A stretch of 64,000 nt of DNA, taken from Mobula hypostoma. Its lineage: Eukaryota. This document shows, piece after piece, positions 39,696 to 52,510 of this stretch (the first letter of the stretch is position 1; each line of letters starts with the position of its first letter). Location: assembly GCF_963921235.1 (NCBI RefSeq), contig NC_086108.1, forward strand, positions 78,060,001-78,124,000, given 5' to 3'. Both the position numbers and the translations under genes were made by a program. The notes beneath the pieces were generated by a model. That model did no database searches, had not been told where the DNA came from, and saw nothing but the letters and a program-made list of their open reading frames with translations.

Positions 39696-41112
39696 TATAT
39701 ATGTTAAGAGTCTTGATTTTGATTGCTCATAAAATGATAACTGTCAACTGGCTTAAACCTCGCCCACCCACTTTGAAACAATAGATACAGAGACTGAAAG
39801 AAGTGAACTGTATGGAAAATATCACTGCAAGTCTACAACTGAAAATGGACTCTTACTTGGAAAGATGGAACTCTGTTATAGTGTACCTGGCACCGTGAAA
39901 GGCCCTTACAGGAGCCTGGGAAAATGTGGGACTTGAGTTGATTTACTGAAGACTGTGATTTTATTTAAAATAGATGTAAATCTACATTGAGGGGTGATGT
40001 AAAGTATGTAGATCATGTGTATGTTTGTGTTTGTATGCAATTATATGTATGTGCTCTTTGTTTCTTTTTTCTCTTACTCCTGTTCTGGTATTGTTAATAT
40101 AGATATTTACCATTGTGCAGTGAACTGTGGACTAATAGCTGATGCTTGTTTGTTGATATGTGTTTGTTCAATAAACTTTTTAAAAAAAGGGAAGGAGCCA
40201 GAAGAAAGGAAATTATAGGCCAGCTAGCCTGACTTCAGTGGTTGGAAAGATGTCGGAGTCTACTATTAAGGATGAGGTTTCGGGGTACTTTGAGGTATAT
40301 GATAATACAGGTCAAAGTCAGCATGGTGTTCTAAAGGAGAAATCTTGCCTGACAAATCAGTGGAATTCTTTGAGGAAATAACAAGCAGGATAGACAAAGG
40401 AGATTCAGTGGATATTGTTTATTTGGATTTTCAGAAGGCCTTTGACAAGATGCAGCACAAGCTAGAGCCCTTGATGTTATAGGAAAGGTACCAGCATGGA
40501 TAGAATATTGGGTGGCTGGCAGGAAACAAAGAGTGGGAACAAAGGAGGCCTTTTCTAGTTGGCTGCTGGTGACTAGTGGTGTGCCACAGGGGTTGATGCT
40601 GGGACTGTTTTCACATTGTTTGTCAATGATTCCGATGAAGGAATTGATGGCTTTGTAGCCAAGTTTGTGGACTATACAAAGATAGGTGGAGGAACAAGTT
40701 GTGTTGAGGAAGCAGAATGTCTGCAGGAGGAGTTAGATTGGGGAAATGGACAAATAAGTGGCAGATGAAATATAATGTAGGGAAATGCACGGCCATACAC
40801 CTTGGCAGAAGGAAAAAACTATGTGGACTATTTTCATAATGGGAAGGAAATTTAAAAATCAGAGGTGCAGAGAGACTTGGGAGTGCTTATGCAGATTCCC
40901 GATAGGTTATCTTGCAGGTTGAGTGGATTGTGAGAAAGGCAAATGCAATGTTAGCATTCACTTCGAGGAGACACTAGAATACAAATCAAGGATGTAATGC
41001 TGAAGGCTTTATGAGGCATTAGTCAGATTTTACTTGGAGTATTGTGAGCAGTTTTGGGTTCCTTATCTAAGAAAACTTGTGCTAGCATTGGAGAGGGTCC
41101 AGAGTAGGTTCA

Positions 41113-41500
41113 CATAAGAACATAAGAACATAAGAAATAGGAGCAGGAGTAGGCCATCCGGCCCATTGAGCCTGCCCTGCCATTCAATAAGATCATGGCT
41201 GATCTGTCTGTAAACTCAGCTCCATCTACCTGCCTTTTCCCCATATCCCTTAATTTCCCTACTATGTAAAAATCTATCTAATTTTATCTTAATTATGTTT
41301 AGTGAAGAAGCCTCAACTGCTTCCCTGGGCAGAGAATTCCACAGATTCACCACGCTCTGGGAAAGAACAGTTTCTCCTCATCTCCATCCTAAATCTTCTC
41401 CCCTGAATCTTGAAGCAATGTGCCCTAGCTCTAGGCTCACCTACCAATGGAAACAACTTTTCTACTTCTATCTTATCTATCCCTTTCAAAATTTTGTATG
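41113..41500 (-). mobile_element. CR1 3' fragment with (CATAAGAA)n tail
   Basis: Octamer tail at 41113-41137 followed by CR1 3' UTR and RT C-terminus on the minus strand. Confidence 0.82.
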
Positions 41501-42349
41501 TTTACGAGAATTATCTTGGGAATTAAAGGGTTAACATACATGGTTTATTTGATTGCTCCTGTACTTCCTGGAGTTTAGAAGAATGAGGGGGATCTCAGTG
41601 CAACCTACCAAATATTGAAAGGTCTGGATAAAGTGGATGTGGAGAGGATATTTCTTACAGTGGGGAAGCCTAGGACCAGAAGGCACAGCCTCAGAATTGA
41701 CGGATATCCATTTAGAACAGAGGTGAAGAAATTTTTCTTTAGCCAGAGAGTGGTAAATCTGTAGAATTCATTGACACAGATAACAGTGCAGGCCAGGTCA
41801 TTAAAGCAGAGGTTGATAGGTTCTTCATTAATCAGGCACCAAAGGTTATGGGGAGAACAGAGTTGAGAGGAATAATAAATCAGCCATGATGGAACAACAG
41901 AACAGACATCTGGGCTGAATGGCCTAATTCTGCTCCTACATCCCATGATCTTATGGTTGCTTAAACTTTCCCCCTCTCACCTTAAAGCTATGCCATTTTG
42001 TTTTTGACAGTTCACCTCTGGGGAAAAAAGATATTATTTACCCTTTCAACATCTACATGTCTGCACCTCTCTTTGTTGATGAGTTTCAGGAGGCTTCGAT
42101 GTACCTTCGGTAATCTTTTGTTTCTAACCTGTACCAAATGGACTAATTTAAAGTCTGCATTAGAATAGATACAATTTACCCTTGCATTCCTCCCATGTAC
42201 CTTATACTCATGTGTGCTCTGCCTACTGGTTGTCTTAGCTTTCCTTCTATATTTAACTGCACCTCCCACCTCCTCAAATGTACATCTAATCTGTATCCCA
42301 TTACCCTGCTAAATTAGCTTAAACTTTTCCTGATAACTAACAATAAGGA

Positions 42350-43153
42350 TTCTTAGCAATGTGGAAGAACAGGGGGATTCAGGATCCTTAGCAGTGTGGA
42401 GGAACGAAACTGAGCAATCCTGGAGTCCATATCTGTAGAGCCCTGACGACTGTTGTGCAACTTGTAAGGGTGGTTAAGAAGGCATATGGTGCGTTGACCT
42501 TCTTTAGTCGGAGAGCTGAGTTCAAAAGCCACAAGGCAGCTCTATAAAACTCTAGTCAGACCACACTCGGAATATTGCGTCCTGTTCTGGCCAGCTCCGT
42601 AAAGGAAGGATGTGGAAGCTTTATAGAGGGTGCAGAGGAGATTTAGTAAGATGCTGCCTGGTTTAGAACATGTGTTTTAAGAGCAAAGGTTGAGCAAGCT
42701 AGGGCTTTTCACTTTGGAGTGAAGAAGGATGAGAGGTGACATTAAATTGGTGTGTAAGATCATGAGAGGCATAGATAGAGTGGACAGTTCAATGCTCTCT
42801 ATGTTCTACAACACCAGCAAACCATCCCACAATGTTGGATTGATTCTGGTTCAGTTGCAACCCATCCATCTTAACCCAATGCCACCTTTCCCAGAAACAG
42901 TCCAAATGACCCATTAAGCTAAAGCAGTCTTCCTCTTCCTATACTCACCAGCATATGATACTGGAAGTAATCCAGAAATGACCATTTTTAGAGTTAGATA
43001 TGGCCCTTGAGGCTAAGGGGATCAGTGGGTATGAAGGGAAGGCTGGTACAGGGTTCTGAGTTGGATGATCAGCCATGATCATACCGAATGGCGGTGCAGG
43101 CTCAAAGGGCTGAATGGCCTACTTCTGCACCTATTTTCTATGTTTCTATGTTT
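42350..43153 (+). mobile_element. CR1 fragments; 3' tail (TTTCTATG)n at ~43135-43150
   Basis: LVRPHSEYCVLFW-like coding relic. 42985-43153 is the reverse complement of the 14860-15020 3' end. Confidence 0.75.
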
Positions 43154-45095
43154 TTTACAGGACCTGTTGGTATCCTAAGAGTGTTAGTAAGAGGAATCTG
43201 ATATCTTTATGTAAATTAATATGAAGGTACATTGTGCAATTGCGAGATTTGAGTACAAGAGTAATAGCATCAGACTGCAATTACTTGAACTCTGGTGAGA
43301 CTACATTTGGAATATCATGCACAGGCCTAGTCTCCCTAGCTGCAAAGCCAAGTGCAGTGAAGACTTGACAGAGTGATTCCTAAGATAACATATTTGTTGT
43401 AAGAATAATAGATTAAGTAAACAATGCCTATACAGTCTAGTGTTTAGACGAATAAGAAATAATTTAATTAAAATGTACAGATATCTTGCTGTGATTGACC
43501 AGAATTATATTTTCTGTGGCGGAGCTATCTAGAGTCAAGAGTCGCAGTTTGAAACAAAGGATCAGCCAGAGAATAGTGAACCTTTAGCAGTCTCTAACCA
43601 AGAGGGCAGCCGAGGCTCGGTCAGTGAGTATCTTCGAGAGAGAAAATGATCACTTTATCAATATTGTCATGAATCAAATGATATGATGTTTCAGCAGATA
43701 TGAGGGCCACATAGTCAACTCCTGCCACAAACAAGAGAAAATCTGCAGATGCTGGAAATCCGAGCAGCACAGTTCCTCCAGCATCTGTGTGTGTTAGTCA
43801 ACTCCTGCTTTGGTTTTAATGTCCTTATATAATCATTGGTATGCAACCATAAGTTCTCAAGATCTTTTACGACCTCCCAGCAATAAAAGCATTTTTGTAT
43901 CCTTTTTTACCAAGAGTATCTTGTAACTTTAATATTTTTAGAAAATAAAACTCATAAACTCAAAGGGGATCATAAAACATACCAGAAAAGAGTTAGTTGC
44001 GAAGTTTGGTTCACAAAGAGTTCTACAACCGGGTTCCGTTCCTGGTTGAAACAATAATGTGTACAAGGAGGACAAACCAGCAGTTAATGAAAATCCTGTT
44101 CACTTAGCCTGCAAGACTATAAACAGCCCCACAGAAAAAAACAAGGTGATAAAGAACCGAAAAGAGGAACTAATTTAAAATCGCGAAGTGCAAGTTCCAG
44201 GATGACTTAAATAACTTTTACTTCATCCTGAAGATGAGGGATTTCATTTACCATAAATCAAAATACCTTGACAAATTTGTTTCCATATATTTCCCAACGT
44301 TAGCTTCTCTTTGTGTACACAGGCGGAGCGCTGGAGAAATGACAGAAAATGGAGGCCTATCTGTACTTTTCCAAAAAATGTGCATGATCAGGGAGGGAGT
44401 ACTATTTTTAGTAGAAGCAATCGTATTGTGGAATGGAATTCGTAGTGGATAATTTGACACCCAGATGCATTGCTTCCCTCACACATTCATACGTTGAGAA
44501 GGCTGTTGACACATACAGTCCAATGCTGGACATTGCAACACTGGGGTGGGAGGAGGGGGAAGGTTTAAATAACTCCTCCATGGCCGAGTTAAAATTATAT
44601 TCTTCTGTCTTATTCAGGAACTGGAACTATAGGAATGGATTTTATCTGAGTTGAACTCCTCTGATGATAATACTTATCTATATAGTAATGTAAAAAGAAA
44701 AAAAAGTTTTCATTTATTAAGAAGCTTTCACAGACTTAATAGAAGCACTTCACAGCCAGTGAATTCCTATTGGAATGTAGATGATGTTGTGAGGAATGTT
44801 GACATATGTATTGAAATGGATTGCTAGCCTATTTCCTGTTATATTTACTGATCTCTGTATAAATCCACTGAGTGCTTTTATCAGTGGTGTGCATTTCATA
44901 TGGTTCATGGTCACTAATGTTCCATTATTGTGTCTGTGTCTGATGCCACGTGTGTCATTTGCAATCTGCATATATGACCTAGCTAGCAAAATGGAACGGT
45001 GAGAGAGCTTATAGAGGTACACACACAAAATGTTGGAGGAACTCAGCAAGTCAGGAAGGGATTAAACAGTCAATGTTTTGAGCCGAGACCCTTCA

Positions 45096-45415
45096 TCAGA
45101 ATCAGAATCAGGCTTGGTATCACTGGCATACGTGGTGAAAATTGTTAATTTAGTGGCAGCAGCCCAATGCAATATGTGATAAATATATAAAAAGATAAAT
45201 AACTGAATACACTAACTATATAATGTAGATTGAGTAGTCAAATTAAAAATAGTGCAAAAACAGAAATAATAAAAACCTGAGATAGTGTTCATGGTTTCAA
45301 TGTCCATTTAGAAATCAGGTGTCAGAGGGGAAGAAGCTGTTACTGAATATCTGACTGTGTGCCTTCAGACTTCTGTACCTCCTACCTGATGGTAACAATG
45401 AGAAGAGGGCCTGTC
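45096..45415 (-). mobile_element. Rex1/Babar 3' end with (CAGAAT)n tail
   Basis: Homologous to 26158-26290 and 27715-27910. Confidence 0.75.
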
Positions 45416-48400
45416 TAGGACTGGAGAGGAAGGGGGAAGAAACCGGATAAAAAGAAGTGGGGTGACGGGGAAGGGAGGGGAAAGAGTACGCATAACTTTA
45501 AGGTGTGTGGAGGTATGTATGGGGACGGATGTCAGAGTGGCAAGTACAATGAATGTGCTATCGTGTAGTGGTAGAGGCGGATACATAAGGGACATTTAAG
45601 AGTATCTTAGATAGGCACATAGATGAAAAAAATGGAGGGCTATGTGGGAGGGAAGGGTTAGATTAATATTAGAGTTAAAGGGTTGGCACGACATTGTGGG
45701 CCAAAGGGTGTGCACTGTGCTGAAAGATGTGTTAACTAATGCAATTTGTACTACCATTGTCTCTAAATTCTATGGCTAGTGTCAGATTAGCTGAAGGTGC
45801 ACAAATCATAAACTGTAGGAGCTTATGAAGAAAAGAGAGAAAAGGGTAATGTTAGCTAAGTTTTGCTGCCTGGAATAAAGGCCCCAAAATCCACAGTTAT
45901 ATAAAGACTAACAGTGAAAAGAACTTTTCCATTCATCCATCAGTGCATTCTGCTTCAATCATCATGCAATGGTGCTGTTGGACATCAATTCTTCATTTTT
46001 CCCATTATGGAGGTCATGCCTTCACAGAAATAGCACAGTAAAGAATATTTTCTATTTTCTTCTTTTCAGATTGGACCTATATTTGTGAAAGGTATGTCAA
46101 TTTTTGACGTAATTATTTAACCAGAGCTTTTCATTTCTTAATATTGCATCTTTTTATTTAATTTCCTTCCCTTCACAGCCATGCTAATTTGTGGATCTCA
46201 TGTCGTACCAAGTTCAGTCAGCCAAAGTGATAGAGATACTGGCTGAATTTGAGGACAACTCCTTGAATTGTGCTGAAATAGCAATCATCTTGATCTTCAG
46301 GTAGAGATTTCTTCGACAAAATTGCAAACTTTTTATCATCTTAAAAAATAAGAGTTGTTCAGCTAACCATGTTCACTTTTAACATACTCTGCCCCCAACT
46401 TAATCTTCAGAAAAGATTGCTATTTTTCCCTGCTCCCTTAAAGTTACAGTAAGTGTACTTGTCTGAAGAATACCATTCACTGTATCCTCCATCATTCATT
46501 TCCTGAGCAGTCATCTTGCCTGCATAACAGAAAAAACATCCAGTAGTAGAGTATCAGGGAGTACAAAACAGATATTCGCTAGCATGGATCTTGTCATCTT
46601 TTTTACATCCATTAATTGAATGCTCACAACCTTCAAGGTCCAAGGACAATTATATTGCACATCACATTCTTGATATGTAGTTAGCCATTTTCACTCAGTT
46701 TAAATCTGACATTTGAAGATTGGAATTGTCATCTAAAACGTCTTGTGAATAAAAACGTAAATAAAAAATTGGATGCAAGTTTTTTTTCAGCATTTATATG
46801 CTCTTCTTTAACTTAACACTTCAGGTGTACAGGTTAACCTTGCTTTGCACCTCTTAGAAATGTAGCTACAATAAAAACAACATTTACAAGTGAGAGAAGA
46901 TCTGCAGATGCTGGAAATCTAAGCATCACACACAAAATGCTGGAGAAACTCAGCGGGTCAGGCAGCATCTATGGAAAAGAGTACAGTCGACATTTCAGGC
47001 CAAGACTGTTTAGCAGGACTGGAAGTGAAGGATGGAGACAGGAAGGATGGGAGAGTTGGGAGAGAGGGCAAGGTAGATGTGTGAGAGAGAGCTAAACATG
47101 AGAGAGGGAAAAAGATGATGTGATGGATGTGTCGATTGAGGTAGGAAAGAGCTAATTAGATAAACTATAACCCTAAAAGGAGTATGTTGCTTCAATCAGA
47201 CATTACCTGAAAGTTAGTATTACTAACTTTATTTATTATACTTACTCATTTTTCAGGACTTCAGCATCTCTGGCTCATCATTCCTAGCTATCTTTGAAAA
47301 GCAGGTGATGAGCTTCCTTCTTGAACCACTGCAGTTCAATTGGTGAAGGTGCTCCCCACAAGATACTGCAGAGCAGAGAGAAACTGAGCTGGGTGCTGTG
47401 TTAATCAGGGTTCAGCCGCCTTTATTTATTCCTCTCCTACCAATTTCTCCTTCTGTTAAATCTGACGAGACAGTAGTGGAGCAACTCGGATGCAGACACC
47501 TGACCTGTGCCTACTGGATGGTGGAAAGAGAGGAGTCACTTGTTGGAGGCTACCTCACCTTTGAGCTGCTGTTCTATTCGTGGTGTTTATGTGGCTGCTC
47601 CCATTGAATTTCTGCTCATTGATGACTCTGGGATATTGATGTTGAGGACCTGGTGATGTAAAGCCACTGGTTGTTAATGGTAGGTGCTAGAATCTCTTGT
47701 TGGAGGTGGTCAATCTCTGGTACTTCTGTGGTGTAAGTATTAGATACAACTTACCAACCCATTATCTGGAGGTTTTCAATATTTTCTTTCTGTCTTTTTA
47801 GTGCAATCTTTGCTCCTTTTTGTTTCTTTAAGTAATCTTCAACACACCACTAGAAAAGAGGTCAGACCTTAGATATACCATCAGATTGACTTATCTGTAG
47901 AAGCTACTCAAATCTTCATATCAGAGTGGGTTTAGCTATTGTTCCAAACACAGTGGAAGAGGATTCTGCATTTTGTAAACTAGATGTCTTTTGTTAACTG
48001 ATCTTAATGTGAATCAGTGGCAGCATGGTTAAATATTACACCCTCCAATTGTGTATGTGCATTGCAATATCCTTGTTTGGAGTGAATAATTAACATTTGT
48101 AAAGTGGAGGTTGATAAGTCTTACATCATTTATCCCTAAACCCGTAAATGAATGGAGCATCTTGCAGGGCTCCTGGGAATTCAGCAACTTATTACTAGAA
48201 TAACAAGTTTGTGAAACCTGCAACAGCAAACAATCTGTTGGAGTAACTCAGTGGGTCAGTCAGCTTCTGTGTAGGGAAAGAATTGCTGCCATTTTAGACT
48301 GAATCCCTGTATAGGGACTAGAAAAATCTACTAAAGAAGTTGTGAACCTGTGCTGGACATACTCAGCAAGTCAAGCAACATTCTGGAAAAAGAGACAATT

Positions 48401-51400
48401 CACATTTCAGGTTGAAGATTCTTGATTAGATGTTGTGCAGTTTTGAAGATGACATTGACATCCCAAAGGAACTGGCGAAACTCCAGCGAGTGATTCACAG
48501 CTGTGCTTGACTGCTGGATTTCCCATGGAGTCCAGCAACAGAGTGACGACCTTGCTGAATTTCCCTAGTGCTTTCACTGGGGATGCTGCTTTTAGATTAT
48601 GTTAAAGGTCTAACCTGAAGCAGGATCTACAAGACACTGAATCAGATTAACAGGGACAGTGAACCTGTGGGAAAGGAAAGAATATATTCAATTTATTACA
48701 TTGTTGCTAAGTAATTTTATTTTGTATAATATTTTATATTATTTAATAGTCTATTTTTCTATTTGATCATTTTAAAATATGCTTGATTAGCTTTTCTAAT
48801 ACTTTGCTTTTATCATTTTTAAATAAGAGGCTTAAAGAAAAAAATAAAAACGTTTACCAGTTCTATAGGTGGGAAACCTGGAGGTGGAGCCTTGATGGTT
48901 ACCAGAGGCTTCCACGGCAGATTCATAGAAAGCTCATTACAAAGGGGGCCATTCAGCCCATCTTGTCTGTGCCACTTGAAACAGAGCTACCAAACCTGAT
49001 CCCACCTTCCAGCACTGGGTCCATGGCTTTGCATGTCATACTCTTCAAATAAATATATAAGACATTAAGATATAGGAGCAGAATTAGACCATTTGGCCCA
49101 TCAAGTCTGCTCCGCCATTTCATCATGACGGATCCAATTTAATTGTTTTGTTTGTATTGTTTAAATATGAAGAAGGCTTTTGCCTTTACCATCCTTTTGA
49201 GCAATGAATTCAAGATTCTTTACATGCCTCTGGGTGAAAAAATTTTCCTCATGTCCCCTTTACTCCTACTAATTAATATAAATTTATCCCCTTGGTGAAT
49301 GTCTCCTCATATCTATACTTTGACAGGCCTAACAATGTGTACACATTTCACTCTCTCCATCTTCATGGATGGGACTTGCTCAAAGGCCCAGATGTCAATC
49401 ATTACCTCAGTATTCAGTGCCAAGATCATCTGGGCCAGTGAGATAGGCCATTCCAGCCCCAAGCAAGATAAATATGGCGATATGGGGTATGGGGGTAGAA
49501 AGTGCACTCAGTTAACACAAACATGAGGGATCAGACTTAATGTCCTGCTGTATGAGGCTATTAAACGGTTCCCTAGTACGATAAGATAGACTCTTGACCT
49601 CATAATCTACCTCACAATGACTTTAAACCTTATTGTTTATCTGCACTGCACCTTGTAGCTGTTACACTTCATTCTGCGTTGTTATTGTTTTATGTTGTTC
49701 TACCACAGTGTACTGTGTAATAATTAGATCTGTCTGAGCAGATGCAACAAAAGATTTTCACTTTATCTTGGTGCATGTGACAAGAATAAACCAACTCCAG
49801 TTCCAGTTGCAGACTCAGCATTGGCTTTAGTCAGTTGGACCCTTTATAGTCCCTTCAATGGGATTATGTAAGACTGATGTTGATAATTAAAATAACACCT
49901 CAACTTCAGTGGAATTGGGAATTGAGAGAGCAGTGAGCATTGGTGTCTGAGGATAAGATTGCCCCATTTTGCTACAAAGGCAACTGCATGGTGGGAGTTC
50001 ATGCTATGACAGAGAAGTTGAAGCAGGCAGACACCCTCCATTGTATGTCTGTTTGCTGATTTCAAATATTAAGCTGCAATGCAGTAACATTCCTCCACAC
50101 TAATCGTTTTCTTAGTATCAGCGTTTCCAAGGCAGCACCTAGGCTATTCATTTCAAACCATGCCAAGGCAGTGTTTGTTGCATAAGCACAATAGCACAAA
50201 GAATCAGTGAGGTTCAGGCAGCAAGCCTGATGTGAGGTAAATGCCCTTTCCTGCCTTGGTGAATTAGCACCTAAGAGCCTATCCGTTTTTGCAGTATTTG
50301 AACAAGGCGCTAAAACATCCAGGAGCTCAAGATCACTACTGTGGCCACTCGGTGAGGAATCATGGATTGAGTTGACCACCCCTCTCCCCTGAGTATGAGT
50401 CTGTCCCAACAATTGATCTATGCCTGGAAAGTATGAACTCAAACATCACTCCCCATCTACAGGGTATGATAGAACACCAACCCGGGGTACTTAGCTTTTC
50501 CCATGCCTGGAGAAAATTGGCTTAATCTCCTGGTGGACAATTTCCAATACAGTGCTGAATGGGTGACTTAAAATATTGCATAATCATTACCAATTCCAAG
50601 AAACAGGTGCAGGATTGTTCATCTTCATTTAATTGCAGCAGAATAAGAGATTCTTCTGTTTCAATGAATGAAATTTGAGAAGTGCACATGTTTCTGGTAT
50701 CAGAGTTTCTGGTATCTTTCCATTAGGCCACTGCAAGTGTATGAGAGTATCCCCACTTCTCTTCCCTAATCTCTACTTGTTACATAGTGACATATTATCT
50801 TTGTTTAAATTTCTTTATCTTAAGTTTACATCACCCAGTATCTGTTCCCAGACCTCTGAAACAGCAGCCGGAAGAGATAAGAACAGATTAATTCCTTCTT
50901 ATTATCCTTCACTCATGCTGACCTGACTGAGATTGGGGGCTGGCTACACAGGACAAATGCAGGGCACCGATGTGAAGTCTTGGTAGAAATTGCCTTTATA
51001 AGTCAATTCTGCTTGGGACTCTCCCCTGCAGCGTGGAGTAATGACAGCAAAGACTGCCGAAACCCATCTCGTATCGTTAACTACTTCTGCTCGGTCAACG
51101 TTGGAGACATCTGCTCAGTTGTATTCTTGCTGCTACGAAGGGCCCTGCCTGTGCAGGAGAAGAGATTCTTCTTGCAATAGGACTGCAGCTGAGGTATGAA
51201 AAGATGCAGCAAGATCATAAAATCAAAACCATCGGAGTAATAGAGTTGTGCCATGCATTTACCTAAACCTTTATCCCATACCACCACTGTTATGAATAGA
51301 AGTTTCCCATTATTTACCCTATCTATGCCCCTCAAACAGGTCCCTGTCTACCTTCTTCACTGCCCCGCCCATCAAGTTTCTCCTCATGTGATACACCTTC

Positions 51401-52261
51401 CTTGTCAAATATATGCACAGAATATAGGTATCATTGTAAGGCTTCATCTGTTACCCATCCCCCTTGAGCCTGTGCCATCATGTATGATGTATTAAGAGGA
51501 ACAGATGTCAAATATGGGTTTGGCTGGGACCTGCCTGTTGCTTTCTCTGTGTGTCAAGGAAGCGACAGCTGCCGTAATTTCTTGAGGCTGGGAGAGAGAG
51601 GAGACTAACTGGGAAGGTGGCAGTGCACTTTTCTGATTTTCGCAGTGGTTTCGAGGGATGGCAGGGGAACATTCAGACAAGACAGTGGTTTAGTGCACTC
51701 CCGTTTCATTAATACCAAGAAAAACATGTGACCCCTTTGTTAGACAAACTACAGAAATGAAAAAAGGCTGGGCTAATATATTTGTACTCATGCAGCAGAA
51801 TTCTGAGCCACTTCAGGATAATAGCATTGTTTGAGATTAGTTTCGGAAATGTGCTTGGTTTGACTGATTGAATTTTGACAAAAGTCAAATGAACACCACA
51901 TCAGTCCCACAGTAGAAGGTGATCAAAGCCTTCATTCAGCTGAAGAACACATTCCATTGTGGGTCTGATGGCAGGGCTGGCCAATGCCAGGAGCTTACAA
52001 ACTGGCAGGGAGCCGACAGAGTGCCCATATCCTGGCACAAACTTGTCTAATACACTAGGATACAGGAATTCCACTCAGCAATAACAATGGAAGTACAGAG
52101 ACTGTAAACCTTGCTTAGATTGTACTAGCTAATTGGAATTAGAATCAGAACCTTGCAAAATCCTTGCAGGGTTAAAGCAAGGCTAATGCTTCTCCTGGCT
52201 GGGACGTCTGGAGCCCAGGGTTACAGGATAGAAATGATCTATCTCTCTATCTCTTTATGTG

Positions 52262-52510
52262 CTTATTTATTTATTTAGAGATACAGCATGGAATAGCCCC
52301 TCTGACCCAATGAGCCATATCACCCAGCAGCTCACCTACTTAACCCTAGCCTAATCACGGGACAATTAACCTACTAACCAGTATGTCTTTAGACTGTGGG
52401 TGGAAACCGGAGCACTTGGAGGAAACCCTTGTGGTCACTCAGGGAGAATGTACAAACCCCTTATATTCGGCCAGAATTGAACTCTGAACTTCCAGCAAAC
52501 CGTGGTGCCC
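52262..52510 (-). mobile_element. HE1-like V-SINE
   Basis: V-domain-like GGAAACCGGAGCAC..GGAGGAAACCC..GGGAGAATGTACAAAC, B-box relic, CR1-like 3' end, (TTTA)n tail. Confidence 0.7.

Larger units (their letters stand above)
34973..39898 (+). pseudogene. L1 ORF2p (APE endonuclease, RT, Cys-rich C-terminus), disrupted
   Basis: ATG at 34973 (MATLNIISYNING), SIYAPN, GGDFN, YSRIDL, SDHAPV, KSPGMDG, SYRPISLL, GGLALP, CWRGCG..HIF. Resumes after the insert as YMLRVLILIAHKMITVNW and ends at TGA 39896-39898. Many stops and frameshifts. Confidence 0.9.
33288..40183 (+). mobile_element. Full-length but decayed L1-clade LINE
   Basis: 14-bp TSD AAAAAGGGAAGGAG at 33274-33287 and 40184-40197, at a TTT/AAAAA site. 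ORF1 and ORF2 relics present, AATAAA at 40170. Interrupted by an insert at 38545-39695. Confidence 0.93.
32790..41960 (+). mobile_element. CR1 LINE split by the L1 (33288-40183) and by an antisense CR1 (~41113-41500)
   Basis: CR1 RT sequence continues across the L1 TSD (...VISLFKKGR | QKKGNYRP...) and ends in a CR1 3' UTR near 41950. Confidence 0.85.

Noticed and set aside
50062..50442. 126-aa minus-strand ORF
   Set aside because: No motif I can assign; length is compatible with chance.
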